Virus record (IMG/VR): IMGVR_UViG_3300045988_092571
Location: 1-47,790 of that record
DNA from: a virus
DNA length: 47,790 bases
Direction: 5' to 3' (one strand)
Positions 9,118-17,976 of this stretch are shown in pieces; position 1 is the first letter of the stretch; each line of letters begins with the position of its first letter. A program made the translations under genes and the position numbers. Below the pieces are notes generated by a model. That model saw only the letters and a list, made by a program, of their open reading frames with translations. It was not told the DNA's origin and did not search any database.

Positions 9118-10182
9118 TTAGTCCTGACTTGCATAGATGTCTGTTGGACGTGGTAGTGGATTAGATACAGCATGATGGATAATTGTACAAGCAGTAGGGT
9201 CTAATACTTGTGCACCATATCCCATAGTAATCCAACCTAATGATGCGATTTGTCCTAAGTTATCCCCAGGCTTAGCTTCAAAGCCAAATCTCTTCATTTC
9301 AATACCAGCTGATGCAAGGTTCATAACTGCATAAGCATTTTCACCAAATACATAAGTATGGTAAACATCTGTAGCAGTTGTTTCTTCTCCTGCACCATCA
9401 CCATCAATATCAGTACCCTTAGCCATAATTACTGGATAATTATATTCGATAAAACGAAGATTGTAAACATCATAGCTTTCTAGACCGTTGTCCATTACAG
9501 GTTTGTTAGTATTTCCTGGTACCATTGCACGTTGCAATAATTTTTCGTCATCTAACAAATCTTGCATACCTTCAACAGGTGTAACAACAATGTATCTAGA
9601 ATATCCTGCTTTTTCATGTCCTCTACGACGAGCAACTTTCATCGTATTTGCAACAATACGGCAAACATCTAATGTAAGAATGTTTGTAGCCTTAATCTTA
9701 GAGTCGTCTGGTGAAGCAGTACCAGCATCGACTACATAATATGTACCGCCATCTTCTTCAATAGCATCACGAGTAATATACTCTAATGTTTCTGAAGCAT
9801 GATTTACAATAAGTGGTCCATATTCTACTAAAAGTTGGTCTAAGTTGTAAGACTCAACTTGACGTGTTACTTCAATGTAAGCACCATATACAGCAACAGT
9901 ACCTTCAACAGTTCTAGCTCCTACTTTCATACCGTCTGGGTTTACACCTTCAGTGATGATATGTCTGTCAGCAGCTACTGGTAAAGGCTTGTAACCTCTC
10001 CATTGAACTTTGTTCGTTCCTGCATTTCTCTTTACTTCTTGTTTCTTTCCTAAGTTATAAAGAACATGGTCTTGCATTGCATAAGCAAGTGCTCTCAATA
10101 ACACGTTATTATCAATTTTGTCGTTTTGAAGCCCTGCGGCTCCTGTTCTAATTGAACTTAGAGTGTTAATAACGTCGTTCAC
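9118..10182 (-). CDS. Major capsid protein (HK97-fold; N4-gp56-like by my recollection)
   Basis: 354 aa. Follows the acidic scaffold gene. Size and position are typical. Strong RBS. Confidence 0.7.
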   Translation of the reverse strand: MNDVINTLSSIRTGAAGLQNDKIDNNVLLRALAYAMQDHVLYNLGKKQEVKRNAGTNKVQWRGYKPLPVAADRHIITEGVNPDGMKVGARTVEGTVAVYGAYIEVTRQVESYNLDQLLVEYGPLIVNHASETLEYITRDAIEEDGGTYYVVDAGTASPDDSKIKATNILTLDVCRIVANTMKVARRRGHEKAGYSRYIVVTPVEGMQDLLDDEKLLQRAMVPGNTNKPVMDNGLESYDVYNLRFIEYNYPVIMAKGTDIDGDGAGEETTATDVYHTYVFGENAYAVMNLASAGIEMKRFGFEAKPGDNLGQIASLGWITMGYGAQVLDPTACTIIHHAVSNPLPRPTDIYASQD

Positions 10183-10195
10183 TAAAAATCATCTC

Positions 10196-11011
10196 CTATT
10201 TCTTTCCGGCTAACATTTTAGCCAAATTATCAATATCTTTATTTAATTTATTAATATCGACTTTGTTATTAGAAGATTGACTAATAGGCATTTCCTTTCT
10301 AATCTGCTCTTTTTTATTGATTGTTTCCTGTTTCTTATCAATATAAGAACCAAGTAAATGCGTCAAAGCAGCTTTTGGCATATTAAATAGCATTGCATCT
10401 GTAATCCCATCTTTTGACAAATCTTTACTCAACTTATCAACTTCAGGTTTTGATAACTTATTATCACTAATAAATTCCTGCAGTGTGCTTGCTAGTTCTT
10501 TGCCTCTTTGCTTAACTTCTTGCTGTGTCATCTTTTCCATGATGTCATTTACGTTTTTTGATAAGTTTTGAATTTCTTCATAAACTTTTGCTGATACTCC
10601 AGACTGTTGTGCCTGCTTATCAGCTACTCTCTGTTTTGCTTTTGTTATAAATGCGTTAGCATCTGCAAATCCTAGGCTTTTTGCTAGACTCTCAACATCT
10701 GAAATCATATCTTTGTATTTTTTGTTTTCAGTACGCATAGAAGCAAAAGCTGTGTTTGAACGGTCGCCATCAAGTGAAAAATCAACCTCTTCAGAACCAT
10801 CATCTTCATCATCTACATCATCAGTATCATTTGAAGCTTTCGCATCATTTGAACTTGTTTCAGCAGGTGTTGAATTTTGATTATTGTCCTCTTTAGACTC
10901 ATCGACCAAATCATCTAAATTTAGGTCATATTCACTTCCTAATACAGTCTCTGCATTAGTGTTACTGTCTTGTTGTTCAGGGGCAGTTTTCCCATTTAAT
11001 ACTTCATCCAT
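10196..11011 (-). CDS. Scaffolding protein
   Basis: 271 aa. Very acidic, low-complexity N-terminus (DDVDDEDDGSEE) and a helical Lys/Glu-rich C-terminal part. Lies between portal and capsid. Confidence 0.6.
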   Translation of the reverse strand: MDEVLNGKTAPEQQDSNTNAETVLGSEYDLNLDDLVDESKEDNNQNSTPAETSSNDAKASNDTDDVDDEDDGSEEVDFSLDGDRSNTAFASMRTENKKYKDMISDVESLAKSLGFADANAFITKAKQRVADKQAQQSGVSAKVYEEIQNLSKNVNDIMEKMTQQEVKQRGKELASTLQEFISDNKLSKPEVDKLSKDLSKDGITDAMLFNMPKAALTHLLGSYIDKKQETINKKEQIRKEMPISQSSNNKVDINKLNKDIDNLAKMLAGKK

Positions 11012-11094
11012 AAGAACACACCTTTCTCACACTTATTTATATTGTCCTAGTGGTCGGACGTAGTGCTATGGGAGCAAGTATAACTCCAATTAAA

Positions 11095-11123
11095 AATATA
11101 ACACAACCCAAAATAAAAGTCAA
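11095..11123 (-). promoter_or_regulatory. Sigma-A-type promoter for the scaffold-capsid genes
   Basis: Minus strand: TTGACT (11123..11118), 17-nt spacer, TATATT (11100..11095). The -35 box lies within the terminator stem. Confidence 0.5.
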
Positions 11124-11140
11124 CTTATGTAAAGTTGACT
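11108..11140 (-). terminator. Intrinsic terminator after the portal gene
   Basis: Perfect 9-bp stem AGTCAACTT/AAGTTGACT (11118..11126/11132..11140) with a 5-nt loop, followed on the minus strand by TTTATTTT. Confidence 0.7.
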
Positions 11141-11226
11141 ATTTGTTCACTGAGGGGTGAACTCAAATTGACATTGACCTCGTGCATACAGAAGAAAGAG
11201 TATTTTCTATTATGAGGTCATTTTAA

Positions 11227-13272
11227 TTATAACACATCTATATTAGATTGTGTAGTATCTTGTTGACTATTTTGTACTCCACCTGTCAAAGCCTGTAAAG
11301 CATTGTTTAAAGTATCCGCACTTACTAATGAATTTTGTAGACTATTTATTTCTTGTTGATATGCTTGCTGCTGTTCTTGTTGCTTTAACTGTGTTATCTG
11401 TGTCTCGTATTGTTCATAAGTATCGAATATCTGCTCTACTGTTGTTAGTTCATTGTTGTCATCTAATACATCAATAATACCCTGTTGAACTAATTCTGCT
11501 GGAATTAGTGGCTGACCATTCGGTGTTGTTGTCTGTGCCATTGTCATAATCTGAACAATTAAATCGGCTTTTTCTGCAAATGCTTCTTCTGTCATGTTGC
11601 TTAATCTCTTAAACATTTCTGTGTAGTTGTCAAGCTGTGCAGCTTTTACCAAGTCTGGAATATTGATGACCTGGTTTTTGTCCTTATATTGTTGTTGTAA
11701 TTGATACAATTCTTTTAACAAATTATACTGACGGTTCTTATCTGTCTTACTTCTACTTGCTAAATCAACTTCAAAGTCGTAGTTAAGAACACTGGCATTG
11801 TCAGGCATTTTTGCCTCTTTCCAACTAAATCTATTGTTTTGGTCCAACTCGTTTTTCTCTCTAATATAGATAGTCTCATCTTTGTAGTATCTAGCCATGA
11901 ATTTTATTAACAATCTTGTTACCTTTTCAACAAATTTCTTAATTTGTTTTAGTGGGTCGTTATCAATAATTGTTGCACGACTAATTGCAGCTAATGTACC
12001 TTCAGCGGTAGAACCTGCTGTACCAATATCACCTTGATAAGCATTTGTTGCACCTGCATATTGGAAAATATTAGCAACAAAACTGTCTTTGATTGCTACA
12101 AGTTCGGCATTAATTTGAGGTGGGTCTAACTGTTTAATTGCTGTGTTAGGGTCTGTATCAACCTTCCACACCATACCTAAAGCAGCTGAAAGTTTTGCAA
12201 CTTCATCAATATCCAATCCACTATCAGATGAAACAATCCATGTCGGAACTGTATAGTGCATAGCAATATTATTAGCAGCACTCTCAATTAAGTTAGCAAC
12301 TTTTTGTGGAACAGTAAGACCTCTAAGAAGTGGAATACCGTAAGGTGTTTGAGGAAGTTCTTGCCATTGGAATGCAATGATAGGAAATTCGTCAAATGGA
12401 TAATCCTCATTCTCCTCTAAAAGAACATCATTACACAAATAATATACCTTTATGCGTGTACGTGATACAGTTTCTTTCTTACTATCCTTTTTCTTGCTAT
12501 TTTTCTTTGTATCTTTACTGTCTTTATTCTCTTCATCAGAGTCTAGTTCTACATCTTCTAATTCTTTAACATAAAGTGTAGAAATTAAGAACAAAGATGA
12601 ACTATTCGGATTATAGTCTCTTCCTGTAAAGATATATCCTGCATCTTGAGCATCAATTATTCCACCTGCATTGTTTGTGTTTTTTGTTAATTTCTCATAC
12701 CAATCTGGTTTGTTTCTCTTTACCCAACTTTTTGTACGTCTTGTATTAACTACAATATACTCACAATCGTCTAAGGAGTCGGCTGTCGGGTCTAAATAAA
12801 CGTTTGCAGCAGCCAAATACTTTGCAGTAACAGCTCCTTCACGTTTTTTATTAGTACCTCCGACAATAGTGTCAGGGTCAAAATTAAGCTCTAGGTAACC
12901 ATTATCAAAAATAGCACCATCTCTAACGCATTTCTCTAAAATATCATCAATATTTAGACGAAACCACTCATTTTTATAGATTACATTCAGTTCCTCGATG
13001 GCTTCTACATCGTCTGGACTTTGTGGAAGTAGTTCACCGTAGTATGTATTGGCAGACAAGCTTCCTAAACGTAAATCTACTGCATTTTTCAAGTGGTTAA
13101 TGTCACTTTTTAACAAAAATGGAGAGTCCTCATCAAAATTAGCAAGACTCCAATGAAGTCCTTCATAATGTGCCTCGTTTGTTAGGTATTCATCATCTCT
13201 TTGTGACCGTCTAAAATCTACAGCATCTTGAACTAGTTGCTTTAATTTATTCATTTTCTTAGTATCGTCCAT
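11227..13272 (-). CDS. Portal protein
   Basis: 681 aa. Directly downstream of the large terminase and upstream of scaffold/capsid. Q-rich C-terminal tail. Confidence 0.7.
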   Translation of the reverse strand: MDDTKKMNKLKQLVQDAVDFRRSQRDDEYLTNEAHYEGLHWSLANFDEDSPFLLKSDINHLKNAVDLRLGSLSANTYYGELLPQSPDDVEAIEELNVIYKNEWFRLNIDDILEKCVRDGAIFDNGYLELNFDPDTIVGGTNKKREGAVTAKYLAAANVYLDPTADSLDDCEYIVVNTRRTKSWVKRNKPDWYEKLTKNTNNAGGIIDAQDAGYIFTGRDYNPNSSSLFLISTLYVKELEDVELDSDEENKDSKDTKKNSKKKDSKKETVSRTRIKVYYLCNDVLLEENEDYPFDEFPIIAFQWQELPQTPYGIPLLRGLTVPQKVANLIESAANNIAMHYTVPTWIVSSDSGLDIDEVAKLSAALGMVWKVDTDPNTAIKQLDPPQINAELVAIKDSFVANIFQYAGATNAYQGDIGTAGSTAEGTLAAISRATIIDNDPLKQIKKFVEKVTRLLIKFMARYYKDETIYIREKNELDQNNRFSWKEAKMPDNASVLNYDFEVDLASRSKTDKNRQYNLLKELYQLQQQYKDKNQVINIPDLVKAAQLDNYTEMFKRLSNMTEEAFAEKADLIVQIMTMAQTTTPNGQPLIPAELVQQGIIDVLDDNNELTTVEQIFDTYEQYETQITQLKQQEQQQAYQQEINSLQNSLVSADTLNNALQALTGGVQNSQQDTTQSNIDVL

Positions 13273-13285
13273 TTATGCAACCTCC

Positions 13286-13480
13286 TTAACTCTTTTTCTT
13301 GTTCAAATCTATATTTTTGTCTATATAATCCTTCTGATATTGAGGAACTCCTGCTAAAGAGTACCTTTTTTCATCATTTTTTGTGTTTTTTGACACAATT
13401 TTTTCAAATTTTTGAAAATTGTCGATGAAATAGACAAATTTTTCATAATTTTTTAAAAGAAATCTTAGTTTTTTCAACAT
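13286..13480 (-). CDS. Hypothetical small protein
   Basis: 64 aa. Overlaps the terminase stop. Lys-rich. Confidence 0.35.
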   Translation of the reverse strand: MLKKLRFLLKNYEKFVYFIDNFQKFEKIVSKNTKNDEKRYSLAGVPQYQKDYIDKNIDLNKKKS

Positions 13481-14874
13481 AATCTATAGCCTCCTGAGTG
13501 TCTTTTTCCTCTTCTTTCTCTAGCTGTTTCTTCCACAGACTCTTGGTACATATCCTTTAGCAAGGTTTTCATTGTACTTTCTCGCTGTTCTTTAGGTTTC
13601 TGGTTCATTGTTTTAAAGAAATCGGCATAACTTGCATAAGAAGTATGCTTCATATTCAAGTAGTCATAAGGAATGTCTTGGCAAATATAACGTAAGCAGT
13701 CCATTAAGTGATTATTCTTATCCAATGGCTTTTCTCCTAAGTTTTTATTCTTGTTTCGTTCCTCTTCTGTTGGATAACGATATTCACAGCCTTCCCATAT
13801 AGTGTTAGTCAAGCTTCTGAAAAACCTTACTTTTCCATTATACATCATATTTTTTACTTTTTGAATACCGTCCTCTAGTGCGTTGTTTGCTAACTTAAAC
13901 ACAATACCATGCTCAATCTGCATTTGTTGTTTATATGTTCTCGGTACAATCTGACTTCGTTTATTGGCAGACGGGTCAACTAATGGAGTATGTAACATTC
14001 CTGGAGCAATATCTTTTGTCATTTCGTAGAAAGCACTTGCTACTTGTGATGCAACTTTATTTTTCTGATAGTATTCTCTAAAAAAGTGAACAATTCCTGT
14101 TTCTGGGTCAATTGCTCCCATTAATATAGCAGCAGGGTCGTTAATTCCAGGGTCATGGGCTAAATAAACTTCCCAATTCTTCGGTATATCGAAGTCATCT
14201 TCTACCATATTTAAAATATTCGGATATACTGCACCTACTGCATACTCAATAATACAGTCAATATACAGTCTTGCTTCTTCTGGTGATAGAGACCTCTCTA
14301 CTGTCTCGACAAATCCAGGTGGTAAGTATGGATTATCTCTACTACTTGACAAAAATGCTTCAATTTCTGGGTTTGGTCTTTTGACACGGTCTTTATACAT
14401 GGCAACTGTATTCTGTATAGATGCACTACCATAAATTTTACTAGCTGTAAAAAGCAAATCTCTCAAATAACCATGAGACGGGTTAGATACTAACAGACCT
14501 ACATAATGAGAAACTCCATTAATGATGCCTGCTTTATTTCTTAGACGTCTAATACACTCTTTATAAATTTTCGGGTCTACACCGGATGCTTCTTCTATAT
14601 AGAATGCAGTAATATCCATAGAACGTATTTTTTCTTCGTCATCACTGGCAAGTCCTAAAATAGTGTGTCCATTTTTTAGAATTATCTCAATATCTTGTTT
14701 TGTATCTGTCCATTTCTCTACAAATTTTCGTGGCAAGTATTCATCAAATATTGGCATTATCGCCTTACTTAACTGCTTTAATGTCTGTGCAAACATTACT
14801 GTCTTTCCGTTCGGTACTGACAGGGCATGGTCTATAATCTCGTTTACTCCTGCACGGGACTTAGCTGAGCCCAT
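13474..14874 (-). CDS. terL: Terminase large subunit, exon 2
   Basis: Begins with the second half of the Walker A motif (MGSAKS). Walker-B-like AFYIEEASG. Nuclease-domain motifs LAHDPGINDPAAIL and DKNNHLMDCLRY. The frame is closed by TAA immediately upstream. Confidence 0.85.
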   Translation of the reverse strand: MGSAKSRAGVNEIIDHALSVPNGKTVMFAQTLKQLSKAIMPIFDEYLPRKFVEKWTDTKQDIEIILKNGHTILGLASDDEEKIRSMDITAFYIEEASGVDPKIYKECIRRLRNKAGIINGVSHYVGLLVSNPSHGYLRDLLFTASKIYGSASIQNTVAMYKDRVKRPNPEIEAFLSSSRDNPYLPPGFVETVERSLSPEEARLYIDCIIEYAVGAVYPNILNMVEDDFDIPKNWEVYLAHDPGINDPAAILMGAIDPETGIVHFFREYYQKNKVASQVASAFYEMTKDIAPGMLHTPLVDPSANKRSQIVPRTYKQQMQIEHGIVFKLANNALEDGIQKVKNMMYNGKVRFFRSLTNTIWEGCEYRYPTEEERNKNKNLGEKPLDKNNHLMDCLRYICQDIPYDYLNMKHTSYASYADFFKTMNQKPKEQRESTMKTLLKDMYQESVEETARERRGKRHSGGYRLC

Positions 14875-15607
14875 CAATTATGTTATCGTAAAGGCTCTTT
14901 ATCCTTTACTTCTGTAGTTTCTTTTCTTTATATCGACTCCATATTTTATCGTGGTTTCCTGCATACTCTAAGAACTCTTTACTAAATGTTCCCATTTTTA
15001 ATGCGTGTTCATAATTCTCACGATTTGTTACCCATTCTAAATTGGTTACTTTGTTGTTAGATTTATCACAATCTATGTGATTGACTTGAGGTAAGTTATT
15101 AGGGTTTGGTAAGAAATACTTAGCAACTAATCGGTGTACTTTGTATTTCTTTCTTCCTATTTCTACATAATAGTAACCTTTGTGGTCTTTTTGTGGTTTT
15201 ATACATCTTTTACTGAATGTACTGTAAAAGTTACCTTTATCAGAAATATAATAGTCTCCTTTTGTTTTAAGTTTACCTGCTTCATTAACAAGTTTCCAAT
15301 TTTCTTCTGAATTCATTTACATCACCTCACGTCCTAATATTACAGGTTATGTGGTGATGTTGTCAATATAAATTGTTATTTCTACAGTTCAGACTATATC
15401 TTCACCTTTCGGTGTCGGGCACTCGTGGACAGTTTATTGTTATCCGAACTCACTGTCTAGTCGTTGGACCCAATCTTAACATTGACACCTTTTCTATAAA
15501 TACCTTATAACGACTAAGATGTCAACGGATGCTAAGACCTTGGCTGCTGATTACCCACTTCTGGGCTTCCCAGCAATTCACCCGATTACGAGGCTATGGG
15601 CTATTTA
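14875..15607 (-). mobile_element. Group I intron (733 nt) carrying an HNH homing-endonuclease ORF, inserted in terL
   Basis: 5' splice site after U of GGAGGU (15608). Intron nt 8-18, CCCAU-A-GCCUC (15600..15590), can pair both with the exon 2 start AUGGG (P10) and with the exon 1 end GAGGU including U.G (P1). Intron ends in G (14875). Ligation is in frame and gives GGMGSAKS. GNRA hairpin CACC-GAAA-GGUG (15414..15403). Locally G+C-richer, helix-rich sequence. Confidence 0.8.
14906..15316 (-). CDS. HNH homing endonuclease (NUMOD4 + HNH_3-type), intron-encoded
   Basis: 136 aa. WKLV...YYISDKGNFYS (NUMOD4-like). HRLVAKYFLPNPNNLPQVNHIDCDKSNNKVTNLEWVTNRENYEH (HNH). RBS GAGGTGAT. Confidence 0.85.
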   Translation of the reverse strand: MNSEENWKLVNEAGKLKTKGDYYISDKGNFYSTFSKRCIKPQKDHKGYYYVEIGRKKYKVHRLVAKYFLPNPNNLPQVNHIDCDKSNNKVTNLEWVTNRENYEHALKMGTFSKEFLEYAGNHDKIWSRYKEKKLQK

Positions 15608-15811
15608 ACCTCCCAACATAATTTTTATCTTGGCACGACTTTTATGAAACTCTAACTGGTGAGGTAGGGGCACGTAGTGTATATATGCTGCTCCACACGC
15701 ATCACAATACCCGTACTGGTGCTTCCCATCTTTCTCGATTGTGATATGTCCACTACCACAGACGGGACACTTAAATATAAGTGTGTTTTCTGTCTCAGCT
15801 TCTTGTATCAC
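15608..15811 (-). CDS. terL: Terminase large subunit, exon 1 (N-terminal Zn-ribbon plus first half of Walker A)
   Basis: CPVCG...CDACG zinc ribbon, then LPHQLEFHKSRAKIKIMLGG, ending at the first two glycines of the P-loop. The in-frame TAA at 15605..15607 belongs to the intron. Confidence 0.8.
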
Positions 15812-16040
15812 TATGTCTCTCCTTAAAGTACGTGTCTCGGCACTCTTTGGAACAGAAATCTAAAAATGTACCGTCTCGCCATGTGTTTATCCACCCGTCA
15901 ATCCTTAGTTCTGCGTTCGCTTCTTTATAATCTGTTGTGCCATATATCTCATACTCTTTCCCACAATTGTCACATTGTGCTGTTACTGTCTCGAAGTCGT
16001 AATCTGAATATTTACTCATTGTCCACCTCCCGTGACACAC
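15795..16040 (-). CDS. Zn-ribbon protein (hypothetical)
   Basis: CDNCG...CSKEC. Likely starts at MSKYSDYD (ATG 16019). Confidence 0.45.
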   Translation of the reverse strand: MCHGRWTMSKYSDYDFETVTAQCDNCGKEYEIYGTTDYKEANAELRIDGWINTWRDGTFLDFCSKECRDTYFKERHSDTRS

Positions 16041-16215
16041 CTTTTATCGCCCAAAATAGTGCTTCTTCTATTTTTGTCCGGGCTAAACTTGTCTCTCTGC
16101 CAGGAAGACACAGCTTGTCTAGCTCATATAAGAGGTCACTGAATTTCTCCCGTATTGTGTCTATTCTGTTATTTTTCTCGCTGCTTACATCATTAAATCT
16201 TACTGTGGGGTGCAT
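16012..16215 (-). CDS. Small helical hypothetical protein with GRETSLARTKIEEALFWAIKG motif
   Basis: 67 aa. The motif resembles a widespread small phage protein family; I cannot identify the family without a search. Confidence 0.4.
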   Translation of the reverse strand: MHPTVRFNDVSSEKNNRIDTIREKFSDLLYELDKLCLPGRETSLARTKIEEALFWAIKGVSREVDNE

Positions 16216-16219
16216 ACCC

Positions 16220-16534
16220 TCACCTCCTTAATATTTTCTCTAAGTCACTATAGTAGCTATCATCTAATACACGACAGTCTCTTTTTGTTTCTAAGAAAAA
16301 ATCTGTAATCCGATTATACAATGTCTGATTTGTGCTCTCAATCCGATGTAATTCTACATGTGCTTCTACCGTTAGTAGGGCATAGTTTGTTATGTCGTCT
16401 ATCTCATAGTGTACTTTCTTAATAATGTGATGACGTGTTAACACACTCCGCTTTGTAATCTTATACCCTAAAAAGTCTCTATCTGTGATGTGGTGCATTA
16501 TTTTTAAGTTCTTGATGTCCATTTTCTTAGACAT
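16220..16534 (-). CDS. Putative small HNH endonuclease (terminase-associated type)
   Basis: 104 aa. RHHIIKK...NYALLTVEAHVELH fits an H-H...N...H...H arrangement. Located upstream of terL. Confidence 0.45.
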   Translation of the reverse strand: MSKKMDIKNLKIMHHITDRDFLGYKITKRSVLTRHHIIKKVHYEIDDITNYALLTVEAHVELHRIESTNQTLYNRITDFFLETKRDCRVLDDSYYSDLEKILRR

Positions 16535-16760
16535 TGTCGATAACTAATGTAATGTCCTTATTACTACTATTATAACAACTCAACAATACTCCGTAAATAT
16601 ATGTTCCGCACTCCTCACACTCGAGCGGTATATCCACATTTACTCTTTCTTTGTGCTTCATGCAGTAGTCGTCCCATATATCCCACGCATCACGTGCGTG
16701 CCTTACTTTTAACACTCTCCCACAGTGCTTACACACTGCTCTCACACTTATCTTTCTCAT
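16527..16760 (-). CDS. Zn-ribbon protein (hypothetical)
   Basis: 77 aa with CKHCG ... CEECG pairs. Confidence 0.45.
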   Translation of the reverse strand: MRKISVRAVCKHCGRVLKVRHARDAWDIWDDYCMKHKERVNVDIPLECEECGTYIYGVLLSCYNSSNKDITLVIDNV

Positions 16761-16932
16761 TGTCCTTCTTTCTTAGTGCCTCGGCAACTAAATAACTTAA
16801 TTCTATATTGCGGTGCGTTAATTCTTTTATTCTACGTTCCAACACTCTTATCTTGTACTCGTACTCACTTATTTTGTCATCTATGTTGCACTCTAATATT
16901 GTAGACAGCACCCGTGTGTAGTCGTTACGCAT
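16729..16932 (-). CDS. Hypothetical coiled-coil protein
   Basis: 67 aa with a heptad-like segment RVLERRIKELTHRNIELSYLVAEALRKK. Confidence 0.35.
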   Translation of the reverse strand: MRNDYTRVLSTILECNIDDKISEYEYKIRVLERRIKELTHRNIELSYLVAEALRKKDNEKDKCESSV

Positions 16933-17440
16933 ATTTATCTGGCACCCTCATTATTACTATGTTGTCACTCGCTTTCTCTCCTGTCTCCATATTGTTTAAT
17001 AACTGTAACGAGTCTCTTTTATTCTTACTTGTGGGGTCTGCAAGTGTTGCCTCTGCCCGCATCTTTAATACCGTCTTCTTATGCTTACTAATATATGTGT
17101 TTACAATGCGGTCTAACAAAAATGAGTTCCACTGGTCTACGGTATAGTCCGGGTACGCAGTATTTAAGTCGAACTGGTCTTTCATTATATTGTGCTTTAA
17201 GTCACTAATATAGTATCTTGCCATGCCTAGCATCTCACTCTTCTTCGCCTCAGAGAGGTGCGTGGACTCACTAAGTGATGTCGTTAGTGGGTCGTTCTCA
17301 ATTGGTCTAAAGAGCATATCAATATTCTCGTCTTCTGTTACATAGTTACTAGATGAGTCTTTATCTAGCATCTCTACTACATCTGCTGCAGAGGCATTCT
17401 CACCATTTTCTGGATACTTTTCCATTAATTTTTCTAACAT
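16925..17440 (-). CDS. Hypothetical protein, first gene of the late block (possible small terminase by position only)
   Basis: 171 aa. No motif recognised. Position is upstream of HNH/terL. Confidence 0.35.
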   Translation of the reverse strand: MLEKLMEKYPENGENASAADVVEMLDKDSSSNYVTEDENIDMLFRPIENDPLTTSLSESTHLSEAKKSEMLGMARYYISDLKHNIMKDQFDLNTAYPDYTVDQWNSFLLDRIVNTYISKHKKTVLKMRAEATLADPTSKNKRDSLQLLNNMETGEKASDNIVIMRVPDKYA

Positions 17441-17455
17441 ATTATCACCAGATAT

Positions 17456-17464
17456 AGTATATCA
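17456..17464 (-). promoter_or_regulatory. Possible extended -10 promoter (TGaTATACT) for the late block
   Basis: Minus strand: TGATATACT, with no good -35 box. It would give a very short leader (GGUGAUAAUAUG). Confidence 0.25.
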
Positions 17465-17947
17465 TATTTTTGTTTTTTGGGGTAGAAGAAGAGGAGATGC
17501 TAATACATATATCTCACATAAGACTAAAGCTAGCGGAAGAACAATTTTGAACCCACCCCCTAGGTAAGATACTAACAGAGTGATAATAACAACATGATAA
17601 TATTATTTACTTGCTTCCTTGCCAGATTGCAAAATCAACTTACTAAAATAGTGTATTCTTTGCGTGTAAAATAGTGTCAAGCAATAACCATAAAAATGTA
17701 AAGTAAAATAAATTAAATAGTTGTTACCATTTTTTTAAAACTCGAACACTTGAGGCTCTAAACGTGCCACGTTAAAAATTGAAATATAATAAAATACTAC
17801 ATAAGGATATGTTATTTATATTATTAGGATATATATATATATATTATATTGATAAAATCTTTATTTAGGGAAATTTGAATTTGGATTTACCTTATGTACT
17901 TTTTTATTAGGTAAATAAAAAAATTTAAAAAAAATTAAAAAAAGTTA

Positions 17948-17976
17948 TTGACAATAAATTTAATATCTGATATAAT
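17948..17976 (+). promoter_or_regulatory. Consensus sigma-A early promoter
   Basis: TTGACA (17948..17953), 17 nt, TATAAT (17971..17976), about 50 nt upstream of the first plus-strand gene. Confidence 0.8.

Noticed and set aside
13286-13480. The 64-aa ORF between terL and portal as a small terminase subunit
   Set aside because: It is on the wrong side of terL, very short and Lys-rich, with no HTH or oligomerisation pattern. I kept it only as a low-confidence hypothetical CDS.
17829-17844. (AT)8 microsatellite as a specific regulatory element
   Set aside because: This is low-complexity sequence of a kind expected by chance in very AT-rich intergenic DNA. I note it only as part of the control-region description.
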